Assembly (NCBI GenBank): GCA_963753975.1 | Contig: CAVWEH010000001.1 | Location: 354,323-418,322 of the forward strand | Direction: 5' to 3' | Source: an uncultured delta proteobacterium | Lineage (GTDB): Bacteria > Desulfobacterota > Syntrophia > Syntrophales > Smithellaceae | DNA length: 64,000 nt | Shown: positions 41,672-50,573 of the stretch, one piece after another | How positions within the stretch are numbered: the first letter of the stretch is position 1 | How the letters are laid out: every line of letters starts with the position of its first letter | Notes under the pieces: model-generated | Told to the model about the DNA's origin: nothing | Database searches by the model: none | What the model saw: only the letters and a program-made list of their open reading frames with translations | Position numbers and translations under genes: made by a program

Positions 41672-42088
41672 GTGATTATTTACGATTTAAAATGTGAAAA
41701 AGGACATACTTTCGAGGGCTGGTTTCATGACCAGCAGGCCTGGAATTCGCAAAAATCGCAAAAGTTAGTTTCTTGTCCAGTGTGTAACAGCTCGAATATT
41801 GAGATAATCCCTTCTTCGATTACGATTATGGGGAAGGATTCACGGGCGGCAAACAAGCTTCAAGAGAAAGAAATTTCTCCAATTAAAGCTTTGCAAGTAT
41901 TACATCAGTATATTGATAAGAATTTCGAAGATGTGGGGAAAAAATTTGCCGAAGTTGCCTTAAAGATACATTGCGGGGAGGAAGAAAAGCGCAATATTAA
42001 AGGGACTACGACCCCCCAAGAAGAAAACAGCTTAAAGGAAGAAGGCGTTCAGTTCATTAAAATCCCCATGTTGAAGATGGATAGTTAG
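41672..42088 (+). CDS. DUF1178 family protein
   Basis: I-YDLKC-KGH-FEGWF, CPVC, FEDVG-KFAE-A-KIH, I-G-TT--E---L-EEG. Confidence 0.88.
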   Translation: MIIYDLKCEKGHTFEGWFHDQQAWNSQKSQKLVSCPVCNSSNIEIIPSSITIMGKDSRAANKLQEKEISPIKALQVLHQYIDKNFEDVGKKFAEVALKIHCGEEEKRNIKGTTTPQEENSLKEEGVQFIKIPMLKMDS

Positions 42089-42180
42089 TCCGTTTTTAGT
42101 TCGTATGATTTTTAACCGATAAATTAAATATTCCTCCCCCGGCTTAATCTGGATCACCATTATTTTGCAGGCATTAGTTT

Positions 42181-44496
42181 ATGCACAAATTATATAAAAA
42201 CATAATTGAGGGTATTGGCAATACCCCCTTAGTGGAAATCTGCCGGCTTAATACCAATAAAAAGGTAAAGATTTATGCCAAGCTGGAAAGCGCCAATCCC
42301 GGTGGTTCCATCAAAGACCGTACCGCATTATTTATGATTGAAAACGCCGAAAAAAGGGAAGAATTAACTTCCGGCAAAATCATTTTGGAAGCAACCAGCG
42401 GCAATACGGGCATAGGTTTGGCAATGATTGCTGCGGCCAAAGGATATAAGTTATGTTTGACGATGCCGGAATCGGCCAGTGAAGAAAGGAAAAAGATTTT
42501 GCGGGCGCTGGGGGCGGAATTGCATTTTACCCCGGCCGCACAAGGTACCGACGGCGCTATTGAACTGGCCTATAAAATGCTGCGTGAAAATCCGGACAGA
42601 TATTTTGGTACTGACCAGTTCAATAATGAAGACAACATTGCCGCCCACTATTACGGAACCGCTCAGGAAATCTGGGACCAAACTGCAGGAAAAGTTACAG
42701 CGGTTGTAGCCAGTCTCGGCACCACCGGCACGGCTATGGGTATTTACAGGCGACTTAAGGAATTAAATCCCAAAGTTACAATTATCGGAGTTGAACCTTA
42801 TTTGCAGCATAAAATTCAAGGGTTGAAAAATATGCGCGAGTCCTATCGGCCGGGCATATTTGATAGAAAGTGTCTTGATGAAAAAGTGAATATCTTGGAT
42901 GAAGACGCGTTCGAAATGTCTCGAAAACTTGCCCGGGAAGAAGGAATACTTGCGGGGATGAGTTCCGGTGCAGCCATGTTTGTCGCCGTACAGAAAGTCC
43001 GCGAGATGAAAAAAGGCTTGATCGTAGTAATTTTGCCGGATAGCGGCGAGCGATATCTAAGTACCGAATTATTTGCCGTGAAAGAAGATCTGTCCACCCT
43101 GAATCTCTACAATATATTGAAGCATCGCAAGACTCTCTTTAAGCCGGTTACGAACGAAGAAGTGCGACTGCATACCTGCGGGCCAACCGTTCATGACGCG
43201 CCTCATCTGGGAAATTACCGGCGTCTTGTTGTCGCCGATTTAATTTGCCGCTATCTGATTTATAAAGGCTACAAAGTAAAACATGTTTTGGATATCGTCG
43301 ATCTGACCGATAAGTCGATTAAAGGATCGGAAAAAGCCCTGATGGAGTTGGCCGACTATTCCAATAAGTATTTACAGGTATTTCTGAAAGATACAAAATT
43401 TTTGAATATTCGCGAAGATAATATTTATGTCAAGGCTTCCGAAAATCTTGAAGAAATGTTCAAGATTGTCGAGAAACTGATCGATAAGAATTATGCGTAC
43501 GAAAAATTGCATTCCGTATATTTTGATATCTCCAAAATGCCTGATTATGGACATCTTTCTAATGTTGATCTGAGCAAGACAAGGTCAGACAGATCCGTTG
43601 ATCTTGATGATTACGAAAAAGACAGCCCGGCCGATTTTGCCCTCCTGAAAAGGGCGAATCTGAAGGAATTGAAGCGGGGTATTTATCATAAGACCAAGTG
43701 GGGTAATGTGCGGCCCGGCTGGCATTTGGAATGTGCAGCCATTTCTCAGAAGTATCTGGGCTCAGTTTATGATATTCACATAAGCGGAGTTGATGAGACG
43801 TTTCCCCACTGCGAAAATATTTTGGCTATAAACAAGGCATTCTCCGGCCACAGTGGGGCCAATTATTGGATTAGCGCTGAATTGGTACTGGTCGACGGAC
43901 GAAAGATGTCTCGCTCTTTAAATAATTCTCTGTCCCTGGCTGAATTAAGGCAAAATGGCTATAGCGGCAGAGATATACGATTTTTCCTAATGGGAATGCA
44001 TTATCGCAAGCCGATCAATTATTCCGCGACAGCGTTAAAGATGGCCAAGAATACGGTTGATAAAATCGATACTTTTATTTCCCGGCTGGATTCTATTAAT
44101 ACGGATGCTGCTGATCTTTCCGACGTAGATCAGTTGATTTACGATCTGAACAACGGATTTCAGGTTTCTTTGGATGACGATTTGAATATCGCGGGTGCAC
44201 TGGCGGCTCTTTTCGATTTCATTGGCGAGTTAAATTCGCCGTTGGTTCGGGGAATGATCGGCAGAGGGGATGCCCGAAAAATTATAACAGCGCTTAAGAG
44301 TATCAATAATATCCTGGGCGTAATGGATTTTAATCAGCAATCCGCCGGCAGAGAAATAACCGAGCTCATTCATAAAAGAGAAAAAGCAAGAGCTGCCCGT
44401 AATTGGCGGGAAGCGGATTTCATGCGACAACAACTTATTGACCTGGGGATTGATGTTTTAGACACGCCTCAGGGAGCGATCTGGCGATTTAAGTGA
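42181..44496 (+). CDS. Cysteine synthase (CysK/CysM-type) fused to a cysteinyl-tRNA synthetase-like domain
   Basis: N-half: NPGGSIKDR, EATSGNTG, LPDSGERYLST. C-half: CGPTVHD-PHLGN, RPGWHLEC, FPHCEN, KMSRS, DDDLN, R--AR--RNW--AD--R. Confidence 0.92.
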   Translation: MHKLYKNIIEGIGNTPLVEICRLNTNKKVKIYAKLESANPGGSIKDRTALFMIENAEKREELTSGKIILEATSGNTGIGLAMIAAAKGYKLCLTMPESASEERKKILRALGAELHFTPAAQGTDGAIELAYKMLRENPDRYFGTDQFNNEDNIAAHYYGTAQEIWDQTAGKVTAVVASLGTTGTAMGIYRRLKELNPKVTIIGVEPYLQHKIQGLKNMRESYRPGIFDRKCLDEKVNILDEDAFEMSRKLAREEGILAGMSSGAAMFVAVQKVREMKKGLIVVILPDSGERYLSTELFAVKEDLSTLNLYNILKHRKTLFKPVTNEEVRLHTCGPTVHDAPHLGNYRRLVVADLICRYLIYKGYKVKHVLDIVDLTDKSIKGSEKALMELADYSNKYLQVFLKDTKFLNIREDNIYVKASENLEEMFKIVEKLIDKNYAYEKLHSVYFDISKMPDYGHLSNVDLSKTRSDRSVDLDDYEKDSPADFALLKRANLKELKRGIYHKTKWGNVRPGWHLECAAISQKYLGSVYDIHISGVDETFPHCENILAINKAFSGHSGANYWISAELVLVDGRKMSRSLNNSLSLAELRQNGYSGRDIRFFLMGMHYRKPINYSATALKMAKNTVDKIDTFISRLDSINTDAADLSDVDQLIYDLNNGFQVSLDDDLNIAGALAALFDFIGELNSPLVRGMIGRGDARKIITALKSINNILGVMDFNQQSAGREITELIHKREKARAARNWREADFMRQQLIDLGIDVLDTPQGAIWRFK

Positions 44497-44506
44497 TAAT
44501 CTATAT

Positions 44507-45328
44507 ATGGATTCTATAAGAAAATCTGCAATAGCCGGATCGTGGTATCCGGGAGATGCTTCTGTTTTGAGGAAAGACATTATGGGCTACTTTAAAGCAG
44601 TGCCGGATCTGGCATTGACAGGTGAAATAGTGGCTTTAATAGCGCCGCATGCCGGCTACATATATTCGGGACAAATTGCTGCCTATGCTTATAAACTTAT
44701 CTGCGGGAAAAAATATGATGCGGCCTTCGTCGTCGGTCCGAGTCATCGCGTCGCTTTCCCCGGCGTATCGATCTACGGCGGAGGCGGTTATGAGACGCCC
44801 TTGGGCGTCATTCCCGTGAATAAATCCCTGGCGCAAGCAATTAAGAATGTGAGCGAAATAATTAACGAGATACCGGCAGCTCATTTGCAGGAGCATTCTT
44901 TGGAAATTCAACTTCCTTTTATGCAGGTGGCGCTGGGTGACTTTTCGTTCGTACCTTTGGTGATGGGCGATCAGAGCGAAAGCACCTGTCGTAAGCTTGC
45001 CGCGGCGATTCACGAGGCGGCGGGCGACAAAAAAATATTAATTGTAGCAAGCTCAGATTTATCTCATTTTCATAATTACGGCGCGGCAAAAAAGCTGGAC
45101 GAAATTATTTTGCGGCATTTGAGAGAAAGTAATGCCACAGCCCTTATGGAAACCCTCGCCCACGGGAATGCGGAGGCATGCGGAGGCGGCCCGATGGCGG
45201 TGGCTATATTGACAGCGCAGATGTTTGGCGCCAATAAAGCGCATCTTCTAAAATATGCAAATTCCGGAGACGTAACCGGCGATAAAAGTTCGGTTGTCGG
45301 ATATGCATCGGCAGTTTACTGTGAATAA
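44507..45328 (+). CDS. amrB: AmmeMemoRadiSam system protein B (MEMO1 family)
   Basis: R--AIAGSWYP, PHAGYIYSG, GPSH, EHSLEIQLPF, SSDLSH, ACG, Y-NSGD, VVGY. Confidence 0.95.
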   Translation: MDSIRKSAIAGSWYPGDASVLRKDIMGYFKAVPDLALTGEIVALIAPHAGYIYSGQIAAYAYKLICGKKYDAAFVVGPSHRVAFPGVSIYGGGGYETPLGVIPVNKSLAQAIKNVSEIINEIPAAHLQEHSLEIQLPFMQVALGDFSFVPLVMGDQSESTCRKLAAAIHEAAGDKKILIVASSDLSHFHNYGAAKKLDEIILRHLRESNATALMETLAHGNAEACGGGPMAVAILTAQMFGANKAHLLKYANSGDVTGDKSSVVGYASAVYCE

Positions 45329-45450
45329 TGATCAGTTGTTTTGACCAGTTGTCTTTGCTTTTGACTGTTTGCTTTTTCAAGATGTTGAGCAGCTTAAGGG
45401 AACTTAAGTATTATTCGAAAGACTATTTAGTGAAATAAAATGGAGCCTAT

Positions 45451-45999
45451 ATGGAACTGACTCAAAAAGAAAAAAGTGCTCTTTTGGATATTGTGAAAAA
45501 AGCAATTACGGCTAAATTCACTGATAAAGAAATGCCGAAATTAACTCTGGAGTCCAAAACACTTAAGGAGAAAAGAGGAGCGTTCGTTACTTTGAAAAAA
45601 CACGGCCATTTACGCGGCTGTATCGGATACATAAAAGCAGTTAAGCCGCTTTGGGAGACCGTGCAGGAAATGGCTGTAGCTGCGGCTTTTCATGATCCCC
45701 GTTTTCCCTCATTGAGGGCTGAAGAAATTCAGGATTTAACCTTGGAAGTGTCGGTCCTCAGTCCCCTGAAGTGTATTCAAAATATTGATGAAATTGAAGT
45801 GGGGAAGCATGGCTTATACATTGTGCGCGGCTATAATTGCGGCTTATTGTTGCCCCAAGTGGCCGTGGAATACGGATGGGACAGGGAATATTTTTTACAG
45901 GAAACTTGTTGCAAGGCCGGATTGCCTCCACATGCTTGGAAAGATAAAGAAACTGAAGTTTATATATTTTCAGCGGATTATTTTGGCGACAAAACTTAG
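45451..45999 (+). CDS. amrA: AmmeMemoRadiSam system protein A (AMMECR1 family)
   Basis: GAFVTL, LRGCIG, DPRF, EVSVLS, GLLLPQVA, KAGL. Confidence 0.95.
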   Translation: MELTQKEKSALLDIVKKAITAKFTDKEMPKLTLESKTLKEKRGAFVTLKKHGHLRGCIGYIKAVKPLWETVQEMAVAAAFHDPRFPSLRAEEIQDLTLEVSVLSPLKCIQNIDEIEVGKHGLYIVRGYNCGLLLPQVAVEYGWDREYFLQETCCKAGLPPHAWKDKETEVYIFSADYFGDKT

Positions 46000-46164
46000 A
46001 AGTTGCTAAGACTAATTTTTTTAGTGTCCGATAAATAAAGAGAATTTATAATCAAACCAAAGCATAAAGTAGACTAAAATATTTATTAATGGCGTTGGCT
46101 TAAATCGCTATAATTTTAAAGCACTTTCAGTGTCATATTGTATTAATATTTTGCGAATTTAGTC

Positions 46165-48498
46165 TTATTTTATGCAAACTCGTCTTACCTGTTTTAGGTC
46201 GGTATGACCTTGAATAGCTTTAAGAATACCATCTTGCAGCAGGGTGGTCATACCTTCCGCAATCGCCGTATTGCGAATTTGTTCGGCATGCTCATGTTTT
46301 TGAATCATTCTTTTAATGTTATCTGAGGCAATAAGAAGCTCATGGATACTCATCCGTCCAAGATAGCCTGTCCCCTCGCAAGCATCGCAACCTTTCGGGC
46401 GATAGAGAGATAAATCGTTGTTATAAGGAATATTTAACTTGTCAAAATATTCTTTTCCATAGGTTTCGGCGATTTCTTCATATTCTTCTTTGCTGGGGTG
46501 ATAAGATTCCTTACATTTTTTGCATAATGTTCGAACAAGCCGCTGCGCCAGTATACCCAGCAGAGCATCAGCGAAGTTTAGTGGATCGATGCCCATATCC
46601 AATAGCCGGACAATCGTTTCCGGTGCGCTATTGGTGTGCAAGGTGCTCAAAACAAGATGTCCGGTAAGCGATGCTTCCACACCAATTTTAGCCGTTTCAA
46701 AATCACGCATTTCGCCGACCATGATAATGTCCGGATCAGCGCGTAAAAAGGAACGCATTGCTGCGGCAAAGTCGAATCCTATTTTCGGCTGTACTTGCAC
46801 TTGTCGTAGCCCATGTTGGGTGATTTCGACAGGATCTTCGGCCGTCCATATTTTTCTGCCCGGCGTATTGATATGTTTGAGACCCGCATGCAGGGTTGTC
46901 GTTTTACCGGAACCTGTAGGACCAACACATAAAATCATTCCATAGGGCTGTTCCATTATCCTCAATATTTCCGAGTAGTTTCGTTTGGATAGTGCCATCT
47001 CCTCCAGAGGCATTGTTTTTCCTTTGGCCAAAATGCGCATAACTATGTCTTCCGCTCCACCGCCACCTTGAGTAGGTATTGTAGCGACGCGTAATTCGAT
47101 TTCTTCATCACCCGCCCGCTTGTATTTGATTTTTCCGTCCTGCGGCAATCTTTTTACTGTGATATCGAGGTTAGACATTATTTTAATACGCGAGACAACC
47201 GCGGCACGATAATTATATGGTAGCGTCTGATAGAGCGAACATTCTCCGTCAATTCGGTAACGCACCTCGACGTTTTTAGTATCGGTATTAGGCTCAATAT
47301 GAATGTCCGACGCACGACGGCTATACGCCTCACTTATAATTTTATTGACTAATTGCATGATGACACTGTGCGATTCTGTGATAACTTCTCCATCTTCTTC
47401 GACAACCTCTTCATCTTGATCCAGTTTCCCTAGTATTTCGTCTATCGATGAAGTATCCTGAGGCGATGCGTAAAAACGATCAATATATTTCAAAATGTCA
47501 TCAGATAGAGAAACATCATATTTGACTGATTTTGTTTTTAAGAGGCCTTCAATGGTATCTCTTTTAATGATATTTGTGGGGTCATCGACAAGAACACGGA
47601 TTCTGCCGTCAACTCTTTCCAAAGGAACCCATAGTTCGCGCTTTAAATAGGGCTTTTTAAGATTTCTCAGCAAATCGCCCGGTATAGGTAGTTTATCGTT
47701 GAAAGTTACGAATTGGCAATTATAATATTCGGCCAGAGACATGCCAATATCATCTTTCGAGACCCTATATTTATTAATGAGAACATTTTCAATCGGTTCT
47801 TTTTGCTCGCGTGATTCTTCTGTGGCTTTATCTATGTATGCTTGGGTTATATGTCCATGTCTGATTAAGTAATCGAATTTCGAATGTCGGCGCTGTTTGC
47901 TGAACTTCTCCTGATTATAAAAAGCAATTCCCAACACATTGCATATTTCATCGAGAAAGATTTGGCGGTAATCGTCAATTTTATCCCCGCCTTTTTGAGT
48001 CGTCACTTCCATTACGCCCATGATATTACGTTCATACAGAATTGGAATTGCTAAAACTTGACCCGATAATACCCCCAACTTCTTGTCCAAGCTACGATCG
48101 AACTTCAACTGTTCATTAATGCTTTTTAACTCCCGTTCATTGTAAACATCGGCAATCAGGACCATTCTTTTATTATTTGCCACATAACCGACGATGGATG
48201 AGTTATTAACAGGCAAGCGGACTTCTTTAGTCACAGAATCTTCTAAATGCATCGAGTAAATTTCTTTTTTGACCTTATCGAACACATAAATTGTTAGGAC
48301 ATGAATGTTAAAGAGATTACGGATATCCTCTTTAATTTCAAGAATTATTTCTTTTATACTTTCGGCGCTATTTATTCGATTATTTATACTCTGGATAGAT
48401 TTGTGAAATTCAAGGTTCTTTAAAAGTTCCTCTACCTGAGGTGCATTGGATATAGCGTCTTTTTGCGGTCCCGTGGTAAAAGAAGTTGGTTTACGCAT
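46165..48498 (-). CDS. GspE/PilB family ATPase with N-terminal GAF domain
   Basis: GAF-like N-terminus (SIVGYVA...DVY...FDRSLDKKLG...LAIPI), ASDIHIEP, PQDGKI, GPTGSGKTT, EDPVE, LRADPD, TGHLVLSTLHTN, tetracysteine Zn motif. Confidence 0.92.
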   Translation of the reverse strand: MRKPTSFTTGPQKDAISNAPQVEELLKNLEFHKSIQSINNRINSAESIKEIILEIKEDIRNLFNIHVLTIYVFDKVKKEIYSMHLEDSVTKEVRLPVNNSSIVGYVANNKRMVLIADVYNERELKSINEQLKFDRSLDKKLGVLSGQVLAIPILYERNIMGVMEVTTQKGGDKIDDYRQIFLDEICNVLGIAFYNQEKFSKQRRHSKFDYLIRHGHITQAYIDKATEESREQKEPIENVLINKYRVSKDDIGMSLAEYYNCQFVTFNDKLPIPGDLLRNLKKPYLKRELWVPLERVDGRIRVLVDDPTNIIKRDTIEGLLKTKSVKYDVSLSDDILKYIDRFYASPQDTSSIDEILGKLDQDEEVVEEDGEVITESHSVIMQLVNKIISEAYSRRASDIHIEPNTDTKNVEVRYRIDGECSLYQTLPYNYRAAVVSRIKIMSNLDITVKRLPQDGKIKYKRAGDEEIELRVATIPTQGGGGAEDIVMRILAKGKTMPLEEMALSKRNYSEILRIMEQPYGMILCVGPTGSGKTTTLHAGLKHINTPGRKIWTAEDPVEITQHGLRQVQVQPKIGFDFAAAMRSFLRADPDIIMVGEMRDFETAKIGVEASLTGHLVLSTLHTNSAPETIVRLLDMGIDPLNFADALLGILAQRLVRTLCKKCKESYHPSKEEYEEIAETYGKEYFDKLNIPYNNDLSLYRPKGCDACEGTGYLGRMSIHELLIASDNIKRMIQKHEHAEQIRNTAIAEGMTTLLQDGILKAIQGHTDLKQVRRVCIK

Positions 48499-48608
48499 CT
48501 TTATTCTCCCTGGATGAACTCACTGTCAAAATATGTTACATTTACCATCTTCAATTGCCGAGTTTTCAAGACAGCGGGTAAATAGTTATTTAAGAAAACC
48601 GCTTCAGC

Positions 48609-48977
48609 CTAAGAAACTGCCTCAGCAAAAGCATCAATCGCCGCAGGAATTTCAATATTCAGCAAAAGTCCCATTTGCGTTTTGGAACTGTCCAGAAGTA
48701 TTCCCCATATGTATTCTCCTAATGGCAATACAACCAGTACCCGGTCTTGCTGCAAATCGAAAGTAGCATATTTTCCGATCTGAGGCAAACCGCCTATTTT
48801 TGCGGCATCGTTGATAACATTGATTGCTTTCACAATGAGTGCTGCAAATTTAGGACTGGAGTTGAAACCGGCTATTGATTGTCCATCAACATTCATGGCA
48901 ATGGCCGTGGAAAGCAAGCTTTCTCCTAAATTGCTTTTAAGAACTTCAATAGCTGCATTTAATTTTCCTACATTCAT
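48609..48977 (-). CDS. Roadblock/LC7-like small protein (putative)
   Basis: 122 aa; N-terminal helix, DGQSIAG, helix, beta strands and terminal QMGLLLN follow the roadblock/profilin-like pattern. Confidence 0.55.
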   Translation of the reverse strand: MNVGKLNAAIEVLKSNLGESLLSTAIAMNVDGQSIAGFNSSPKFAALIVKAINVINDAAKIGGLPQIGKYATFDLQQDRVLVVLPLGEYIWGILLDSSKTQMGLLLNIEIPAAIDAFAEAVS

Positions 48978-49025
48978 AATTTAACTGCTCACCATTAGAT
49001 TTCAGTTTATTCAATTATCGATTCT

Positions 49026-50387
49026 CTAACTCTTTTTCCACGCGCTTAACTTCTGTTTTGTTTCCGTTCTTAGATCCTTTTGTGATTTATCTTTCAACTG
49101 GGTTTGAGCTTCTTGAGCTTTTAGTTCAGCTTCTTGTTTAGCTCTTTCTTCCACTTCGGCTTTTACCTTTTTTGCTGCTTCTTCCCTAGCCAGCGCTTCC
49201 TGTCTTGCTTTTTCTTCTGCTTCATTTTTGGCTTTAACTTCGGCCTCGGCTTTTGCCTTTTTAGCCGCTTCTTCCCTGGCTAGAGCTTCTTGTCTCATTT
49301 TTTCTTCCGCTTCAGTTTTAGCCTTGGTTGCGGCTGTTGCTCTGACTTCTGCGTCTTTCCTGGCCAACGCTTCCTGTCTTGCTCTTTCTTCCGCTTCCGC
49401 TTTAGCTTTGGTTGCGGCTTTTGCTCTAATTTCCGCGTCTTCTCTGGCTAACGCCTCCTGTTTTGCTTTTTCTTCCGCTTCTTTAGCTTTACGTTGCGCT
49501 TCTTCGCGGGCAAATCTCTCAACCTCGGCCTTGGCCTTGGCCTCTAATATTGCTCGCTTTTCAGTTATTTCTAAAGCCTTCTTTTCCGCGTCTTCAGAAG
49601 AAGATTTTTTTCCTGCATCATCCTTAGCTTTACCTTCTAATTTCATGCGCGCTTCTTCTCGCATTTTTCCCAACTCAGCAATAGAAAGACTGGTGCGCGA
49701 ACCAAAAGTTGCTATTGATTTGGATTTGCCTGCCATTTCAGCTTTGGATTGATCTTCGAGTTTTGCTTTGTTTTTTTCTTCATCGGAGGCTTTTTTTGCT
49801 GCCGCAATTTTAGTTTGCGCATCGGTTACAGAACCACTGGTGCGCTCACCAAAAGGTGACGACGAAATAGATGGCATTTCTGTTTTCGGTCTTTGTCCGG
49901 ACACCTGTGTTTTTGATTCCAGCGGTGAAGTTTTAATTCCCAGCGCGTCAAAAATATTATCGGCGATCGCATTAATATCCAAAGGCTTTTCTAAATAACG
50001 AAAAATACCCATGTTGCTGACAATTTCTTCAATTTTAGGAGTACCGTAAGCCGTCATCAAGATGACAGGGATTTTAGGGTAGTTCCGGTTCATATAGGCT
50101 AGAAGTTCAAAGCCGTCCATTTTAGGCATGCTCAAGTCGGTAATAACCAGATCAATAGGGGATAATTTTAAGATTTTGACGGCTTCGGCTCCATTCGGAG
50201 CTGTTCGTAAATTGAAGTATTTTCTATAAGCGCTCAACCCGTCAGCAAGACTTAGAACAAAGCCTTCTTCATCATCGACGATTAGTACTTCCCCTACACG
50301 GGGTTGGCGTCCTTTCAGAAAATCGTCTTTGGGTAAAGTAGATATTTTTTGTTTGAGAACTTCAAAATTGCTTAATCCGTTTGTCAT
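49026..50387 (-). CDS. Receiver-domain protein with long Ala/Lys/Glu-rich repetitive helical tail
   Basis: REC motifs LIVDDE, TDLSMPKMDG, MTAYG, LEKP, followed by EAEEKARQEALARE repeats. Confidence 0.85.
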   Translation of the reverse strand: MTNGLSNFEVLKQKISTLPKDDFLKGRQPRVGEVLIVDDEEGFVLSLADGLSAYRKYFNLRTAPNGAEAVKILKLSPIDLVITDLSMPKMDGFELLAYMNRNYPKIPVILMTAYGTPKIEEIVSNMGIFRYLEKPLDINAIADNIFDALGIKTSPLESKTQVSGQRPKTEMPSISSSPFGERTSGSVTDAQTKIAAAKKASDEEKNKAKLEDQSKAEMAGKSKSIATFGSRTSLSIAELGKMREEARMKLEGKAKDDAGKKSSSEDAEKKALEITEKRAILEAKAKAEVERFAREEAQRKAKEAEEKAKQEALAREDAEIRAKAATKAKAEAEERARQEALARKDAEVRATAATKAKTEAEEKMRQEALAREEAAKKAKAEAEVKAKNEAEEKARQEALAREEAAKKVKAEVEERAKQEAELKAQEAQTQLKDKSQKDLRTETKQKLSAWKKS

Positions 50388-50461
50388 AAATACTCTCCAA
50401 TAATTTTCATTGGTTTATGTTTTACCGTAATAATGATCAATAAATAACTGATGATACAAAA

Positions 50462-50478
50462 AGCAATTGCTATGCCAG
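50462..50478 (-). promoter_or_regulatory. Sigma-54 (-24/-12) promoter
   Basis: Minus strand CTGGCAT-AGCAA-TTGCT, about 75 nt upstream of ATG 50387 and directly downstream of a GAFTGA activator gene. Confidence 0.85.
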
Positions 50479-50573
50479 ATTGAGCCACTTTGCGGATAGC
50501 TTATTTATTTCAAGCAATTACAATGGGAAAATATTTTTTTGGAGGAAACAATTGGTTCAAAATGGATAGTCTA

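Noticed and set aside
49100..49520. Tandem DNA repeats as a CRISPR array
   Set aside because: The repeats are degenerate, in-frame and coding, with no constant repeat and unique spacer pattern. No cas genes are present.
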